A DNA stretch of 64,000 nt from Eledone cirrhosa (Eukaryota): contig OZ024743.1 in assembly GCA_964016885.1 (NCBI GenBank), positions 111,662,001 to 111,726,000 on the forward strand, read 5' to 3'. The notes beneath the pieces were generated by a model. It had not been told where the DNA came from, ran no database searches, and was given only the letters and a program-made list of their open reading frames with translations. This document shows positions 60,531-64,000 of this stretch, in pieces; position 1 is the stretch's first letter, and each line of letters opens with the position of its first letter. The position numbers and the translations under genes are program-made.

Positions 60531-61043
60531 CATACATATGCACACACAGTCACGCACGCACGCACATGTGCTGAGATATTGGCTCGCCCGCGCGCGCTTA
60601 CTCATAACCATTACCTACCATTATCCACCTAAAACTACCCATCTGTTGACCGTTAATCCTATGATTAATTCTACCAATCGACTAACACCCCACCCCACGT
60701 ACACACCGGTTTCCCTTTCTACCTGAGCATGGAACCTCGTTCTTCCCCCAAATCTCACATTCACATACACACACACACGTAGACCTACACCCATACACGA
60801 ACACCACATTCAGCCCACCGCGCTCGTACTGTTTCTTGTTCTCTGTTCATTTATTCAACTATATATATATATATATATCTTGTTCGTTTCTATGGTTGTG
60901 CGGATGACGGTTTAACCATCGTCTCAGTGTGTTTGGCCTTTAACGTATGTTGTATCTCTGGTTCGTCAGAATTATTGAGCGCTTGCCACACATCTCGGAA
61001 TTTGTATTTCGCTAATTCCAAAGCCGAAATACGATTCTCGCTA

Positions 61044-61139
<96 letters not shown>

Positions 61140-61149
61140 CTATATATAT

Positions 61150-61308
61150 ATATAAGCAAAAGGGATATTTAATTTGTTAATTTGTTGGTAATTCAACAAA
61201 TATATATGTTTATAACTGATTCAAAGCACTCGACAAGTTTTCTGGAGTATAATATCAATGATATTAATTAAATTAAATACCAACAAATTAAATATCCCTT
61301 TTGCTTAT
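61150..61308. repeat. Small fold-back element next to (TA)n
   Basis: tataagcaaaagggatatttaatttgtt / aacaaattaaatatcccttttgcttata. Confidence 0.8.
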
Positions 61309-61421
61309 AAATAGCGCCTTTAATGTTGAGAACTTTAACTATAACTGATTGCAAAAATTAATAATGGAATTCTTTAGGATTTATATATATAAATATAGAT
61401 ATATGTATGTGTGTGTGTGTG

Positions 61422-61521
<100 letters not shown>

Positions 61522-61816
61522 GTTAATCAGCACACGGCCACGTGGTAGCCAGTTAAATTCCCTGCCCTGACCTAAAGTAGTATACTGAAGCAAGTTGCAT
61601 TATTTCACGTTATTCCACTTCACTCTGCTGGTAAAATGTGTTACACCAGTAATTGAAGGACCAATCTTTTTACACATTATATAATGCTGGATCACCCTGA
61701 CAAATCACTTGGTGTTGCTGACGTCTGTGAAATGATCGGAAACTTATAAGTTAATTTCAAGTTTGAACCAACAGGAACAAGCAGAGGTCCAACAAATATA
61801 CACATACACAGACACA

Positions 61817-61950
<134 letters not shown>

Positions 61951-62408
61951 GAGAAAGAAAGAATATAAGACGAAAGGAGATAGAGAATGAGACAGAACGA
62001 AACAGACAGGCAGACTAAAAGGGATGTGAGGAAGATGTGGCTTCGGTGATTACATAGGAACACTTTCTAGAATGACGGACGGCCCGAAGATCAGATTTAA
62101 AGTATTGATATTAGAGAAAACAGAAAGTACGTAAATTTGTTAATTCAGGAAACCAAAGACGCCAGAAAAAAAAGTCATAATAAAAAGAAACGATTTTTAA
62201 AATACATTAGATTATTTGACAAATGCATTATTTATTTAAGGATGAAAATCATTCTAAATGCATTTATTTAAATTTCTTAATGTAAATGTTATATTTTCTG
62301 AATAAAAATGTTAAATAAGTGTCACTTAAGTGTATGTGTTTGTGTTACTATTCTAGACATAGAATATGTTCGATCGTTGAAAATGTCCGTTTTACAAGCG
62401 GTATATAT

Positions 62409-62472
<64 letters not shown>

Positions 62473-62623
62473 TTTTATTCAAAATGTAAATAAATGAAAA
62501 ATATTCTCATAATCAAAATATATATTTTATTATACATATTTCAAAGGTACATACTGTTGAGTGCTTCTAATCTATTATAATATTGTATTCGTTGAGCAAT
62601 CAACGAACCATATTAATCTTTGG

Positions 62624-62669
<46 letters not shown>

Positions 62670-62839
62670 CTGTTACCACAATACTAGTTTGTATTTATTT
62701 TTCTTAATTTATTCTTAAATTGAGTCTAGCAAACCGTATGATCAGGGAGAGGAAGTAGGAAAGTCTGTAGTTACTAGCAATTTTAACTCCACAGACTGGC
62801 CGCGTTGGTTCCCAAACGAGAAAAATGGTAAATAATGAT

Positions 62840-63130
62840 ACATATGGGACCTGCTCCTTGTATAGGAGCAAATTTTGGAATAGAATAGAAAGAACTAGGA
62901 ATAAAGTGAATAGAATAAACTCATAGTATGATAGCAATACATACCAGAGTGTAATGTTCATCGATACAACCCCTAGAGGTGAATTAGCTTACAGATTTAG
63001 AAGGGCCCTAGATAAACATAAATTCAATATTAAGATAGTAGAAAGACCAGGTACCTCCATAAAAACACTTATTAGCAATACATACCCTTTTCAAAGACCT
63101 CCCTGTATAGATACGAAATGTATAATAGAA
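62840..63130 (+). pseudogene. Penelope-like element ORF remnant (post-RT linker)
   Basis: LYRSKFWNRIER..*YDSNTYQSVMFIDTTPRGELAYRFRRALDKHKFNIKIVERPG..YPF..C..KC; homologous to 51855-52148. Confidence 0.8.
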
Positions 63131-63365
63131 AACATGAATGGAACAGCAACATCACAACTTACAATTAAGGACAAAATGAAAACACACACACATAGAACAA
63201 ACAACCAACCAGTAACATGTAAATAAACAAATAAATAAACAAATATAAACACACACAGACACCCGGGTGTAACACATGGGCAAACTAAGCTCACAGCACA
63301 CACAAAAACAAGATGGCGTAGGACAGAACAAAGGAGAGGCACACAAACAAATAAAATAATCCCCA

Positions 63366-63408
63366 GTCACTGAAGAGGTCACAGAATGTGTGACGAAAGA
63401 ACTTTGAC
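63366..63408 (+). ncRNA. Minimal hammerhead downstream of the PLE remnant
   Basis: GTCA-CTGAAGA-G-GTCACA-GAATG-TGTGAC-GAAA-GAAC-TT-TGAC. Confidence 0.6.
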
Positions 63409-63859
63409 AATATATGAACAATCGTTTGGTTGTGGAACCAACCAACCAACCAACCGGAAATTTATGAATTCCTAAATTTATAAATTTATAAATTTAATTT
63501 ATAATAAATTGAAGTGAAGCACCTGGTGCGGGTGTTTCTTATTGGCAACATGACCCTCCCAAAGCATAACAATATATATATATATATATATATATATGTT
63601 CGTTTTTCCTTTTTGTTCAGTTATTTGCGACTCGGAAAAATCTTTTTCCTGGAGCTAATTTAGACTATTTTGAGTTTCTAACTCAAACATGCTTTTGATA
63701 TATAGGCCAGCAATTACCCAGCAAATATATATTTATATATATATATATATATAAAATGATTTCATTGTTGACATTTGACGCTGCAAAGTAACGAAAATAC
63801 AGTTCTTATTATGACTAAGGGTTTGTTTTTAAATGTTTCCGGGATATTAATCGTATTTC

Positions 63860-64000
63860 AGGGCGGTGGATTGGCAGTATCGGCATGTATCGCCATGCTT
63901 TGACGCATAGAGTTACGGCCATTGACATTCTGAGTTCAAATCCCGCCGAGGTTAACTTTGCCTTTCATCCTCGATGATAAAATAAAGTACCAGTAATGTA
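63860..64000 (+). mobile_element. SINE family 1 copy, truncated by the window end
   Basis: gggcggtggattggcagtatcgg..gagttcaaatcccgccgagg..ataaaataaagtaccag. Confidence 0.88.

Overview
AT-rich, microsatellite-dense eukaryotic DNA with no recognisable host gene. The SINE families and repeat landscape resemble an octopod cephalopod (inference from recall, not checked). The only intact coding sequence is a full-length two-ORF L1-clade (Tx1-like) non-LTR retrotransposon at ~15460-21297. It is the youngest of three head-to-tail relatives filling ~5820-21300. The rest is two tRNA-derived SINE families, remnants of Penelope-like elements (PLE; RT-thumb and GIY-YIG regions), small MITEs, long palindromes and simple repeats. 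Two hidden systems stand out. (1) The dominant SINE and the intact LINE share a 3' module: a CTTGT-loop hairpin, a 13-nt spacer with GAAA at the same offset, and an (ATT)n tail. This suggests a stringent SINE-LINE partnership for an L1-clade element that targets ATT/TAA tracts. (2) At least 15 hammerhead-ribozyme (HHR) motifs, found by eye, sit in non-coding tandem or palindromic elements inserted at (TA)n. They include complete monomeric, minimal dimer-type, long-stem-II and compensatory U3-A8 variants, consistent with PLE-derived retrozyme-like families. All structures were read by eye; coordinates of degenerate elements are approximate.
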